Source: Eledone cirrhosa (lineage: Eukaryota). Taken from it: DNA of 64,000 nucleotides. The notes below the pieces were generated by a model, which was not told the origin of the DNA, did no database searches, and saw nothing but the letters and a program-made list of their open reading frames with translations. This document shows, piece after piece, positions 51,759-64,000 of the stretch (positions within the stretch are counted from its first letter, which is position 1; every line of letters starts with the position of its first letter). Location of the stretch: NCBI GenBank assembly GCA_964016885.1, contig OZ024740.1, forward strand, positions 169,012,001 to 169,076,000. The letters run 5' to 3'. The position numbers and the translations under genes are program-made.

Positions 51759-52351
51759 AAATGACAAGGTCATACTGGAAGATATGCTGTAAATTTTAAT
51801 TCCATGAAATCACTATACATATTTCAATGGCCAACTCCATCATCCATTCATGATGTAAGACAAAGCGGTCTCATCAAGTAACTTTGACAGAATTACAAAA
51901 CAGAGTTACATAGAACTCATACTCATCATATGGGGATGGCAGGAATTATTTATGTGAAATCTGTGTTGGAACTAATGTTATTGTAGTATGAGTTTTGCCA
52001 ATAAAACCATATACACTAAATGCAAAGATAACCATTCTGTTTGTAGATCCAGTATGTATGGTGTGAAAAATATATATATATAGTATATGTCCAGCCTGTG
52101 AAGTGATGTAACATGTACAGTCCTTCAACCATTGTATACAATTCCCCAGATATATCTCATGGGATTGAATCAGAGTGAACAGAGGACTCAAGGAAAAATT
52201 CAAAACTATCATCAATAGTGATGCAAATGGAATATGCACCAGATACAGGAGCACATTTTTTAATAGGTTAGAAAGGGAAAAAAGATAGACAACTTAGACT
52301 TATGGTACAACAACAAAAAGTTTCAAAGTATGATGTTTATTGATTAAGAAG

Positions 52352-52418
<67 letters not shown>

Positions 52419-53344
52419 ATGTGTGAGAGGATGAGAGAGAGAAAGAGAAAGGAAAAATGAGAAAAATGTTTACCACAGACAGTGAAAAACTTTTCTCTGC
52501 TAGTGTGTCCTCAGGCTATTTCCTTTCCTCAATGATTCTTTTGCAATCTGGCAAAATTCTGCCCAAATAGAACAATTTACCATTTTCATGCAAGTTCATT
52601 GCTTGTGACCTCTCTTTTCTTGTGCCTTTTACATCTATATATCTATGCATGGTCCTGGAAATATTATCTGCTATGTGTATGCTCTGATTGGGTTATTTTC
52701 ACAGCTATTTTGTCATTGAGAGGTTACCAGATAATATAATCGATATTATTGTATATCGAACAAAATTATTCCTGTATTTCAGCTCCTAATATTTATTTTA
52801 GTTGAACTGACTTGTGGGATTAGCGAGGAGCTATTTTTAGCATTCTTGTTGACTTGCCTGTATCCTTCTATTTAGTCATTAAATATATGCTTTCACAGTT
52901 TGTGATTTGACTGCATAGTTGCTGGCTAGAGCTATGTATGAATAACAAGATGTTGCCTATGAGGAGAGCCTAACATCTCAATGATGCCTTTTATCTAATA
53001 ATAGTAAACTGCATTATTTCTATTCAGCTTGAAACAGATCTGTATAAGCTTTAAGAATCAGTATTTAACATTGCTTTCCATCCCATTTTTCATGTGCCTT
53101 TTATATCTATATATCTATACATAGTCTTTGATAGGTTTGAGAGCAGGGTGGAGAAACCTCAGGGAGCTATTACTGCTGCTAACTACAAAGAAGTTTTCAC
53201 TCAAAATGAAAGGCATATTGTATGATGCTTGTGCAAACTATAATCTATATATTTAATTATACTTGCTCGGTGATTATGTTTACATTTCCAACTTTTTCTC
53301 CCTTAAAAAAATCTACTTTTTCCTCAGACCAATATAAAAAAACA

Positions 53345-55665
53345 AAAGGCTTTTCTCTCAAATGAAGGGCAAATTGTATGAGGCATGTATACAGACTGTA
53401 ATGCTGCATGGAAGTGTAACCTAGGCACAGTGCACAGAGGACCTATGAAAATTCGAAAGAAATGAAGATTGCATGCTTCGATGGATGTGTAATAGTAGTG
53501 TGCTTGAATGGCGAAAAATGAATGAACTGAGCTAGAAACTGGGTATAAGTGGGGTCAGATGCAATGTGCAGGAGAGAAGATTGCAGTGGTAAGGATATGT
53601 GATGCACATGGAGGATAACAGCTGTATAAAAAGGTGCAGGTTGCTCAAAGTTGATGGAAGCTATGGATAAAGTGATAAAAGCTGACCTTGCAAAATCAAA
53701 CCTCTCAAAGGAAATGATACAGGACCAAAATCTCTGGTGTTATGCTGTAGTGAAAAAAACATGCCTTCCCATGTACACAGGATGAAACAAGCATGTAGAA
53801 GACAATAGCCTGCACCAAACGTCTCCTTACTCCTCCCCCATTTATGCGCCCCAGTCTTAATACCCTACCTTTATCTCATCCATGTCCAACTTGTATATTT
53901 CCTCTCCTGTCCTGTTCAACTCATGCATACAAGCTTGGAAAGCTGGTCATCATCCAAATCTGCTCTCCATCCTCCCATAATGCTGTTGCAACAACAAAAA
54001 GTAACTTTGTGTGTGTATGAGTGTGTGTATGTGTGTGTGTGTGTGTGTGTGTCCGTATGGTGATCTGGATCACAACAACAAAAGCACCCAGTTCATTGTA
54101 TGAGGTGCTTGTACTGGTAGCATGACATGAGGTACAGGGTGTGGACGATATTTGTTCGCAATTTTCAACTGCTAATTTTATGCAAATTTTTTTTACTTCC
54201 GTTGTCACTCTTGCCTTCATAAAAACAGTGACTATATTTCCATTATTTATTTTCAGAATAATTGATTATGAATAATTTTGAACCTCCAAATTTGTGGAAG
54301 CGACACGGAGTTCTTCTTAGAATCCGCGCCGGGAGGACAAATAAGACCAGAAGATCAACTCCCAGAACAACAGGTGGCTCGCTGTCTCATCCAAAGATGT
54401 GCCCAGAGTCATGCAGACAAAGTTTCCAGAGACAACATTGGTCTAAGGTGTTGTCAGCAGTCAAGGTGACATCATGCCACCTCACTTCTTCCCTGAGGGC
54501 CTCAAGCTGAACACCGATGGCTACATCCGCGTTCTGAGCGAGGTAGCTGCAGGTAGGCCATACGTGTGGCAGCAACCTCAGCGCCCTGCCATACCAGCCG
54601 AAAGACCCAAGTCTGGCTGTCAGAAAACTTCGTCGACCACACTTCACCTGACATCTGGCCTCCCAGCTCGCCTGATTGCAACCCCCTCGACTTCTTTGTG
54701 TGGGGCACAGTGGAACGAGACACCAACAGATCTAGCTGCAATACGAAAGACGATCTGAAGGCCAGGATCACAAGTGCCTTTAGGGGCCTAAGTCGGGGGA
54801 CAGTGACGAAGGCCTGTAGCCGGTTCCGAGGCCGCCTTGAGGCCATTATCAAAGCCAATGGTGGTTTTATTGAGTGAGATTGAAAGAACAAGTCATGAAG
54901 ACAAACTGACCCAAGTTTGATAAATATATCTTAAAAAATAAAACTACTGTGTTATCTTTTCCTAGACAGTAATCTTGCAAACAAATATCGTCCGCACCCT
55001 GTAGTTCCCAATTCACTCTGAAAGGTTGTCTTGCTGGTAATATAATGAGATGCTCCCAGTTCATCCTGTAAAGAGGTCATACTGGTGACATGAGAAAAAG
55101 TACCCTGTCTTCTCTATAGAGTGTTCATGCTGGTGACATGAGAAAAGAGAAAAACAACACTCAGTCTACCTTGTAAAGGGTCATGCTGGTGACATGGAAA
55201 ATGTACCCAGTCTACCATGTAAAGTAATTGTGTTGGTGTCATGACAAAAAGTACTCAGTTCCTCCTATTAAGTGGTCATGCTGGTGACATTACAAAAAGC
55301 ACCCATCCACTTTGTAGGATGGTCATGCTGGTGACACGACAAACAGCATACAATCCACACTGTAAGATGTTTGTGCTGGTAACATGACAAAAACCACCCC
55401 AGCTATCCTATAATGTGGGTGGGCTGGGGACATAACAAAAACCACCCAGTTAACACTGTAACATGGTTGGTGTTAGGAAGGGCATCCAACTGTAGAAACC
55501 AAGCCATAATACAAATCTGTATGAACAAGATGTGGTTTCATAACCTGAATTGTCTCAGAACATGACAACCTCTTGAACCCATACAAAATAAACCCATGGA
55601 AAATGAACCCATGGAAAATGAACCCATGGAAAATGATTGTTAAACGATGATGATAATGATGATGA
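53345..55665 (+). mobile_element. Old RTE 3' fragment with expanded 3' UTR repeat array, interrupted by a Tc1/mariner element
   Basis: KGFSLK.KG.LY..C remnants at 53345-53760; ~41-bp units at 54060-54132 and 55004-55470; TTAGGAAGGGCATCC and (GAT)n tail. Confidence 0.7.
54135..55001 (+). mobile_element. Internally deleted Tc1/mariner element, DD37D (maT)-like
   Basis: TIRs CAGGGTGTGGACGATATTTGTT / AACAAATATCGTCCGCACCCTG, TA TSD; APCHTS, WPPSSPDCNPLDFFVWG, RLEAIIKANGG. Confidence 0.9.
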
Positions 55666-55667
55666 TA

Positions 55668-56035
55668 TATCATCATCATCATCACTATCATCATTTAAAG
55701 TCCATTTTCCATTCTAGCATGGGTTAGACGGGTTGTCCCATTAGAGGCAAGCTGGGTCAGGTGACTGTCTTTTGCTCATTTAGGACTGTTTCTGGCTAGA
55801 TTTCTATGGCTGGATGCCCATCCTAATGCCAACCACAATTACAGTGTGGGCTAGGTGTTTTAAGTTATGACACCAACATGACCACTTTACAGTGTGGGCT
55901 GGATGTTTTTGTGATACCAACATAACTTTACAGTGTAAGGGTGGTGTGAACAGAAGTGAGAGGGTGGTGTAAGGGCGTTGGGTCCATGGAAGTGGGTATA
56001 GTGGTTAAATGGTTAAGAGGTGCCTACTGGATGTA
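55668..56035 (-). mobile_element. RTE 3' UTR copy
   Basis: GGATGCCCATCCTAATGCCAACCA and (ATC)n. Confidence 0.75.
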
Positions 56036-56829
56036 TATTTGAGTCCATATATATATATATTATATATAAATCGACATGTATATCTTACTTAATCAGCGTT
56101 AACAAAAATAACATGAATACACACACATACATGCACAAACAAACACACACATATACACACACAAACCTAGTATTGGTTATATAAGATCAGCTGGTAATGA
56201 TATGCTAAAAAGAATGAAACAGAAAATGAATAGTTTGATCACACAGCGAATGTGATATCATGCAATTGATAAGGTGAACTAAGTTGATCCTATCACACTT
56301 CCTAATCAAGGAAGAAAAGATATACATACACACTTGCAACACATACACATAGAAACACATAGATCACACACACACACAAATACATATCTATTTATATATA
56401 TACTTACACATATATGTATATTATAATACACACACACACACACATATATGTATATTATGAGCATGACGTCACAATACAGAGTACACCCAGAATTGTGATA
56501 AATTTCCTTACTTCATGGTAAGTTATATAAATAAGGGTGATAGTTTGAAATATATTTAGTTTACAAAAATCTTTGGAACATGTCACTTTTGCTGCACTGA
56601 ACTTTTGTTTTTTTCCTCTTCTTGGATACAAGGGATATTTTGAATGTCAATGATTTGAACAAACCAACACACTTTGAGATTTGATGAGTTCCCACTCAAG
56701 CATGCACAACAATGGCTGCATATGTATGAGGTAATTAATTAAATCACTTACACAAACACAAACATTAGACATGCATGTGTACACATGTATTTAATCAATT
56801 TTATATGAAGTTTGTATGTATGTATGTAT

Positions 56830-57088
56830 AAAAAAAAATCTGCAAATCAATCTCTGGTCTTAAAAGGCATATGAGTGTACATAAGGATGACATCCCACAA
56901 ACTGACCCAATCAACCCATTAGAGGGCACATCTTTTGTCTGTCATATTTGCTGCAGACTGTGCAAATCTGCAGCTGGACTTAAAAGCCACCTAAGAGGCC
57001 ATGAACAGACGTTTGGAGTTGGTAATGGTTGATGGGGGTGCATAGGAGACAGCAATCATCTGCAAAGATGAAGCAGTCACCATGTATG
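56830..57088 (+). mobile_element. Second C2H2-finger LINE 3' end at (TGTA)n
   Basis: CKSISGLKRHMSVH..VCHICCRLCKSAAGLKSHLRGH; ends GCAGTCACCATGTATG, like GCAGCCACCA(TGTA)n at 42321. Confidence 0.65.
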
Positions 57089-57270
57089 ATGTTTTTATAT
57101 GTTCAGTGCCAGCTGAAGATCATGACACTTCCACTATCTTGACACCTAGGTTTACCTCGGTTTCATACTAAAATGATAGAGAGGATGTGTTGTGCATGGT
57201 TATTGCTGACTTTTCAATCAGAGATGGTCTTCTTTGGACATGAGTGGACAGTCATTATGTCTTTATGTAT

Positions 57271-57458
57271 AAGGGCGGTGGATTGGCAGTATTGGTAGAG
57301 GGTCGGACGCCATGCTTTGATGCATAGAGTTACGGCCCTTGCCATTCTGAGTTCAAATCCCGCCGAGGTTAACTTTGCCTTTCATCCTTACGGGGTTGAT
57401 AAAATAAAGTACCAGTAATACACTGGGTATTTGCTGGCCTGTGCCTAACGTAGAAACA
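57271..57458 (+). mobile_element. Full-length SINE family 2 (tRNA head plus Meta-like domain) with 17-bp TSD
   Basis: A/B boxes TGGCAGTATTGG, GAGTTCAAATCC; GCCTTTCATCCTTACGGGGTTGATAAAATAAAGTACCAG; TSD ATTATGTCTTTATGTAT at 57254 and 57459. Confidence 0.9.
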
Positions 57459-57859
57459 ATTATGTCTTTATGTATCTATATATTGTCCCAAGAAATGTAT
57501 CAGATGACCTCTAATACAAGGTTATGGGACTCAATCGCTAGTATGCTTTTCTATAAAGAAACATAATAAAATCCTTATAATTTTTTTCCTGGTCCGTTCC
57601 TGGTTATTCATATGTAAACTAAAAACAAGGTATTGACATCTTTTGAAGTCATACTGCCATCTAACAGATGATGATTCATTCAGTCTGGTTAAAGTTTATG
57701 AGGATATATTGAGCAATACTGTGTGGGGTGGGGGTGGGGGGCGGGTGCGACTTGAATCATAAACAAGTTAAGAACTCATACTTTAGGAGGTTTCTTTCAC
57801 TTGTCAATATGCTAAACTTAATAGCACCATCTGGTCAGTGAATGTTGTGGAATCAATTT

Positions 57860-58345
57860 TTTTTTTTACTTTGAAGGGTTTGTGAAGGCCATGGGCAATG
57901 TCCCTCCACCAAACTTACAAAGTGAATAAAAAAAGAAGAAAGTGTTATCAGGAGTTGTAGAGATAAGTTTATCAAAAAGAATTTTGAATGTGTTTGGATC
58001 CTGGTTTATAAGATGTTTTATAGATTTAGTAGAGATGTGTATTAGAGTTAGATTAGTTGAAGTAAAGAAGTTATACATCATATTGATTTGTTGGGATTTA
58101 GATTTTGCAAAGAGTTTTATTGTATGCTTTGATTGATTTTTGAACTGTTTCTAATACAGTTTTTCCATGTTGAAGATGAAAAAGAGTTTGTGCTTCAATG
58201 GGAGAGAATATGGCTTTAATGACTTCCACATTTAATGGTGCCAATAGTCTAAAACATCCATACTATTGATTTTTGCAGTGATTGATCTTTGCTGATGTCT
58301 TCCTTGATGTAGTATGACCACATCTCAAATGAGAGAAATATTCCA
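57860..58345 (-). mobile_element. Highly degraded CR1/L2-like LINE 3' fragment
   Basis: NTFKILFDKLISTTPD resembles the FK..LDK.L..IPD C-terminus. Confidence 0.4.
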
Positions 58346-60275
58346 AAGAAGTCTAGGTAAAGAATACAAGATAATTTTAACTTCTCTGTCTCTAGACAGA
58401 GAAGTTCTGAAATGCCAAAAGCACAGTAGTTTTAGTAGTATCTAGTCATGTATTTAATTGGGAATTATAATCAAGGTTTTTAGTAGCAATATTTTGGTTC
58501 TGGTTACTACTAGACTTCCAAGTTGATGGGCACTAACTAGGTTATAAATAAGTGGTCAGTCTTACCCAGAAACATGCTGAGAGGAAGCTGTCTATGAATG
58601 GTCAGATAGAGGTTGGGAATGCATACATCATCTTCATTATTATCCCGCCGAGGTTAACTTTGCCTTTCATCCTTACGGGGTAAATGAAATAAAGTACCAG
58701 TAATGCACTGGGATAATTGCTGGCCTTGTGCCAAAAGTAGAAATAATTATTTATTACCATCTGATTGCCTTTCTTTGTCTCAGTTTTCATGTGACCAGGT
58801 TGTCTACATTTTTAATTTTGGGGAAAAGTAAACATACTTTTTGTCAGAAGGTCCATTTGCTGTCACATCCTCTGCACAGAAGGCCTTGTATGCTGTGATT
58901 GATGAGGCACAGATATGCTGTGTAAGGCCTTGTATGCTGTGATTGATGAGGCACAGGAATTATTGCTTTTGCAGTGTTTTCAGGATAGCAAGAATGTGTG
59001 GTCACCATTTGTGATGCATACTTTTCCATAGCTTGTCTCTTTGACCAAGCAGAGATATTGGATCAAGCAAGACCTATCAACAACTTCCAAATATCCCTGG
59101 TCAGTAAGGGAGATGGAGCATTAGTGGTGTATGTGAGGTGGGGGAGGCACTACTTATAGTTTCATCATCTAAATTTTTCTGTCTATATAACAAAAATACA
59201 CACATACACACACACATGTGTATGTATGTGTCTGGGAGATCAGTAGCCACTGCTTCAGTACTGACTTGGTCTGTGTAGATTCATCCAGCTCTTGCTAGCA
59301 GGGAAAGTGAATTTTAAAATGATGACAATGATAATGATGATGATGATGATGTTGATGATGGTGATGTGTGTGTATTATATGTATATATTAAACATACATA
59401 CAAATATATAAATATACATATGTGTGTTTGTGGGAATATGTGTGTGTGTGTGCATATGTGTATATGAGTATGTGTGTGTGTACCTGTGTGTATGTGCGTG
59501 TATCACGGTTTGCTGGAATGAACCTGTGTAACATGACATGTCTATCTTATCACACTTCTCTTATAGACTTTGTTCTCAGGTGCTAACTAATGCAATCAGA
59601 GCCTCTTGGGTTCAAGTGCTTCTCTGGTCAGGTGTTTCTTTTAGAATTGATATTGCCACCTTCATGGAAACAGAGCACATCTGGGAGCAAAACAGCAGTA
59701 ACATGTAAAAAACAAAAAAATGAAAACTCTAAAACAAAAAGGCCAAAAATAGTGAACAGTCATCTGATGGTTATGTAGCGCATTATATATTTTTGCCCTT
59801 TATTTTATATATCCCAAACCTGGTTTTAGTGATTCTAATAGTTAGGTGTTGTAACTTTTCAGATGATTTTTATGAAACTGGATCAGGACAAATATTTTAT
59901 ATTCCTTTGTAAGTAGTACTACTTTTAATTGCTGCTTGTATGTTTATCTTTATTTCTTTCTCTATAAATGACTCTTCCTGTCCCTACATGTCTTCTTGAT
60001 TTATACTTATTTTTTTGTCAAATCTCTTAACTCTTTTCTGACTATATTTCTAATGAAATACACTCTATTTCAATTAATTACTAAAGAAATTTTAGGGATT
60101 TACTTAAATTATTAATTATTTAATTGCTACAATAGTAATTTAACATACTGTTCTTATAAAAAAAACATTATATGAATTTAATTTAAACAGGAAGCCCTTT
60201 AAAATGGGTGGCTTTTTGTAGTGCACCTGAGCACTGTGCGCAATAATTTTCATTATCATTATTATTATTATTATA

Positions 60276-60502
60276 TGAATTGGCAGTATCGGTAGAGGGT
60301 TGGACGGTGAATTGGCAGTATCGGTAGAGGGTTGGACGCCATGTTTTCTAGCATAGTTACGTCCCTTTACAGTCTGAGTTCAAATCTCGCCGAGGTTAAC
60401 TTTGCCTTTCATCCTTACGGGGTCGATAAAATAAAGTACCAGTAATGTACTGGGTAATTGCTGGCCTTGTGCCTAAAGTAGAAACAATTATTATTATTAT
60501 TA
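60276..60502 (+). mobile_element. SINE family 2 with duplicated 5' ~31 bp
   Basis: GAATTGGCAGTATCGGTAGAGGGTTGGACG twice, then Meta-like domain and (ATT)n; further partial copies at 58643, 62545, 62757 and 63018. Confidence 0.85.
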
Positions 60503-61624
60503 TAAAACCAGAGCTGATTTTGACTGGGATTTCATTAAAAAGGTTAAACTCATCTAGTCTCTCCAACTAGCTCCCTTTGTGTCATTGAGTGGTATCACAA
60601 ACTTTAGTTGTTTACTTTTAAGCAATTGCTTGCTTTGTAAACAATATTAATATGTAAGCAGCTGCATATTGTAAATTAACCCTTTTGTTACAATATTTCT
60701 ATCATCTATTTATCATTTATTTATTTATTTATTCAATTTAAACGTCCGTATAGAGTTAGTAAGCCATGACAGACAAAGGGAAGTATCGAGTATTCCTTAC
60801 TGTTGGTAATCAATGAAAGATACAGCCTATTCTTTTCAAATAATTTTGAAAAGAATAAAGAATTTGCTGGGATCCAATAAAGTAATTAACTTGCTCATTA
60901 TCAAATTGGTGTTTTGAACATAATTCAACAAAGATTCTCATGTAACATTATGATGGAAGGTTTCTTAGATAAATATAAACACTTTCAAATATACAGCTTT
61001 GTATCATAGAAGCAGTATAGTCTTCCAGTGGTCTGGTATTAAAAGAGTTAATCAACATTATTTGTTGCTCAATAGATTGTATTATAGAACCAGGGGTGTT
61101 TTCAGGTGGTTTAGTATAGTATCAAAAGAATTAAAATCTTCAATCTCTCTAACCATTCCCAGTGTTTGTTAAGTGTTATGACAAACATTCTTCTAAGTAA
61201 TTGTTCATTTAGTAAACAACTTGTGAGCAACATATATTAAATTAAACCATTTTTTTAATATGTTGGTCATAAACATATAAAGGAGATAGATGCATAAGGT
61301 ATTGAACTGATTTCAGTAAATGACAAATTATTATTTAATTAACAATATATATATAAATTTTCATGTAGATATCCTCTTTGGTTGTAAGGCACCAGTAGAT
61401 CCTTTTCTGTCTGCCCTTTGTTTTGTTAACATCTCACATACACCACCATCAGAACAGTCCATGTTTTGTTGCAAAAACTGGCATTATAAGTGCAGTACTC
61501 CTCTAATGCACAAAAGTGCACTGTCAATGGGGGGGGGGGGGGTCTGAAGAAGTGAAAATGCATTTGTATGTACATGTTATTTTGCTGTGTGCATTTTCTG
61601 CTAATGTTTTAATCAGACATCTTC

Positions 61625-61978
61625 AGGTTAACATGCATCTATTTTGGATGTACAATGTAAGTGTGAGAGAAAGGCAGAGCTTGGATGAGCTGAGGGAGAT
61701 GCTGGGTTTAAGAGGAATCTGAGATGGTGTGCTGGAGAGAAGACTATGTTGATAAAAAACATGTTGTGCACATGGATGATGATTGATGGGTGAAGAAGTA
61801 CCAATAAATGCCAGTGGAAGGAAGCCGCAGTAGAGGTAGATGAAGAAAGACCTGGGTAGAAGTGGTGAGAGCTAATCTCAAGATGTTGAAGGAATGTGGC
61901 GAGTGAGAGATGCTCTGCTGAGAAGGATCTGTCCAACTCATGGATGTAGTAGCGATGATGATGATGGTGATGATGATA
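61625..61978 (+). mobile_element. Degraded RTE 3' fragment
   Basis: WMYNVSVRERQSLDELREMLGLRGI; (GAT)n tail. Confidence 0.75.
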
Positions 61979-62973
61979 GCATAAAACTGGGCAACAAGTT
62001 AAGTATATCACTAAAATTATAATGTAAAATATAAGTATTTCACTCGATAATTTGTATTGAGCTCTCTATCAGATAATATTACAGTTGCTATTAACATATC
62101 TGTCTTTTATGATATCAGTATTTTTACACTGAGAATATTTCATTAAACAGACAAGCTACAATAGCTCTTTGGGATAATCCCAGAGGTAATTTAGTAATAG
62201 ATAAACTGTAACATATAATTTACTTTGTATATGTGTCACATATGCACTTATTCTATTGACTGGTTCGTGTTTTATTGACATCTGGAAGGTTGAAAAACAA
62301 GGTGGGTCTGAATTTGATTTGAATTCCTCTCAACACAAAGTGATGTAGCATAATACTATAAAGTAGCTTCGTTTAACCATTTTGATACCAACCTGTCTGA
62401 TACTACCTCTGTCTCAATGAAACAAAATAACCTATTTTAAAAGATTTCTATTTAAATTTAATCTTCCAACAACATTTCATAGAAGAATCATATGTTAAGT
62501 TACTATCTTAGTAATGAAATAATTAATAATATTAGTAAATCCTTACTTTGCCTTTCATCCTTACGGGGTCGATAAAATAAAGTACCAGTAATACACTGGG
62601 ATAATTGCTAGCCTTATGCCAAAAGTAGAAACAATTAATTAATTAAAATCGAGTTTATTTCATAAGAAATGCAGTCATAAAAGGGGTCAGCATTCAACCA
62701 ATTCTCTTATCTACTTGTTGCATATCTATCCAAATAAAAAAAAAGAGAAAAGAATAGTAGTTTCTAATTTTGGCAAAAGGCCAGCAATTTGGAGAACAGA
62801 AAATTGATTATATTGACCCCAGTACTTAACTGGTACTTTTTTTATCAACCTTGGAAGGATGAAAGAGAAAGTTACCCTTGGTGAGATTTGAACTCAGCAA
62901 GTTAAAGAGCCGGCACAAATACTGAAAAGCATTTGTTTGACACTAATGATTCAGCCAATCCACTGCCTAAGAA

Positions 62974-63021
<48 letters not shown>

Positions 63022-63111
63022 TGTTTCTACTTTGGGCACAAGGCCAGCAATTACCCAGTGCATTACTGGTACTTTTATTTTATCGACCCCGTAAGGATGA
63101 AAGGCAAAGTC

Positions 63112-63142
<31 letters not shown>

Positions 63143-63145
<3 letters not shown>

Positions 63146-63470
63146 CGAGAGTGCAAGAGAAGGAGAGGGAGAAAATTAACCGATACCAGGACTTAAAGTG
63201 GGAGGTAAAAAGGATTTGGAACTGCCATGAAGTCAAAGTGGTCCCGATTGTCATAGGCGCACTGGGTACTATCTCAAAAAGTTTCCAGGGATGGTTAAAG
63301 AAAATTGGCCCCGCCACGCTTTTTGGAACGCTTCAAAAGGCATGCTTGCTGGGAACAGCAAGAACCCTTCGATACGTCCTGAATATCTGAGGCTGCAGGT
63401 AGTGGCTTGATATTCATTTCAACAAACTTCCAGTTAACTAACATCAATGACTGAGACTCAAAGAATTATA
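63143..63470 (+). mobile_element. 5'-truncated R4/Dong-like LINE (REL C-terminus) in (TAA)n
   Basis: KEREKINRYQDLKWEV..VVPIVIGALG..LQKACLLGTARTLRYVL; (AAT)n on both sides. Confidence 0.88.
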
Positions 63471-63836
63471 ATAATAATAATAATAATAATAATTATTATT
63501 TATTTTTTTATTTTTTTATTATAATCAATGTGCTGTATTAACTGACTTACCAATGCACACTGTGAATTTATTTGCCCTAGGTGTCAGGAAGACACTTGGC
63601 ATGTATCTCAGAAACAATAATGAAATAAAATAAAAATGATAATAATAATAATAATAAAATAATAATGAAAACAAAACAAATAATTTTAAGAACGATGAAT
63701 GGCATTTTTCAGTAGATAAGTGGGACAAGTACAAAACAAGGCATGACATGAACTTATTCAGGAGGTTTGTCAGAACAAGAAGTGCATGTAAAATACTTGA
63801 ATTAAGATTTAAAAGAAGTAATCATGATTTTTCACT

Positions 63837-64000
63837 GGAGGCACGTGGCCTTAGTGATAAGGCTGTTGGACTTAGGATCATAATATCAGGATCATAATGT
63901 CATGGGTCATGTTCTTGAGCAATACATTTCATTTCATGTTGCTCCAGTATACTCAGCTGTAAATGAGTACCAGCAATAGCTGGGGGTTTAATCCTGTGAT
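63837..64000 (+). mobile_element. Diverged CORE-like SINE 5' part
   Basis: GGAGGCACGTGGC..AGTG, CTTGAGCAATACA..GCTCCAGTATACTCAGCTGTAAATGAG. Confidence 0.7.

Noticed and set aside
55004-55470. CRISPR-like array
   Set aside because: Whole units are homologous with no unique spacers; eukaryotic LINE 3' UTR context, no cas genes

Overview
AT-rich animal genomic DNA, most likely a cephalopod such as Octopus (inferred from the repeat landscape). No host-gene exon is recognisable; the window is almost entirely transposable elements and microsatellites. It holds two apparently intact autonomous retroelements lying tail-to-tail in one (TA)n tract. One is a full-length RTE-clade LINE (APE-RT ORF 7995-11273, with a PHD-type C4HC3 finger inside the RT). 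The other is a Penelope-like element (RT plus C-terminal GIY-YIG, ORF 12937-15249, 103-bp pseudo-LTRs, Hydra-clade-like). Around them lie many truncated RTE copies, two tRNA-derived SINE families, R4/Dong, Tx1-like and CR1-like fragments, C2H2-finger LINE ends in (TGTA)n, Tc1/mariner and hAT elements and a non-autonomous Helitron. The least obvious signal is a set of sequence-unrelated type I hammerhead ribozyme motifs, canonical and core-variant, folded here by eye. Most sit in short non-coding inserts next to (TA)n tracts (17641, 27776, 16705/33221, 36994, 37350). They suggest ribozyme-bearing non-autonomous elements or pLTR remnants mobilised by Penelope-like elements. Boundaries of degraded elements are approximate.
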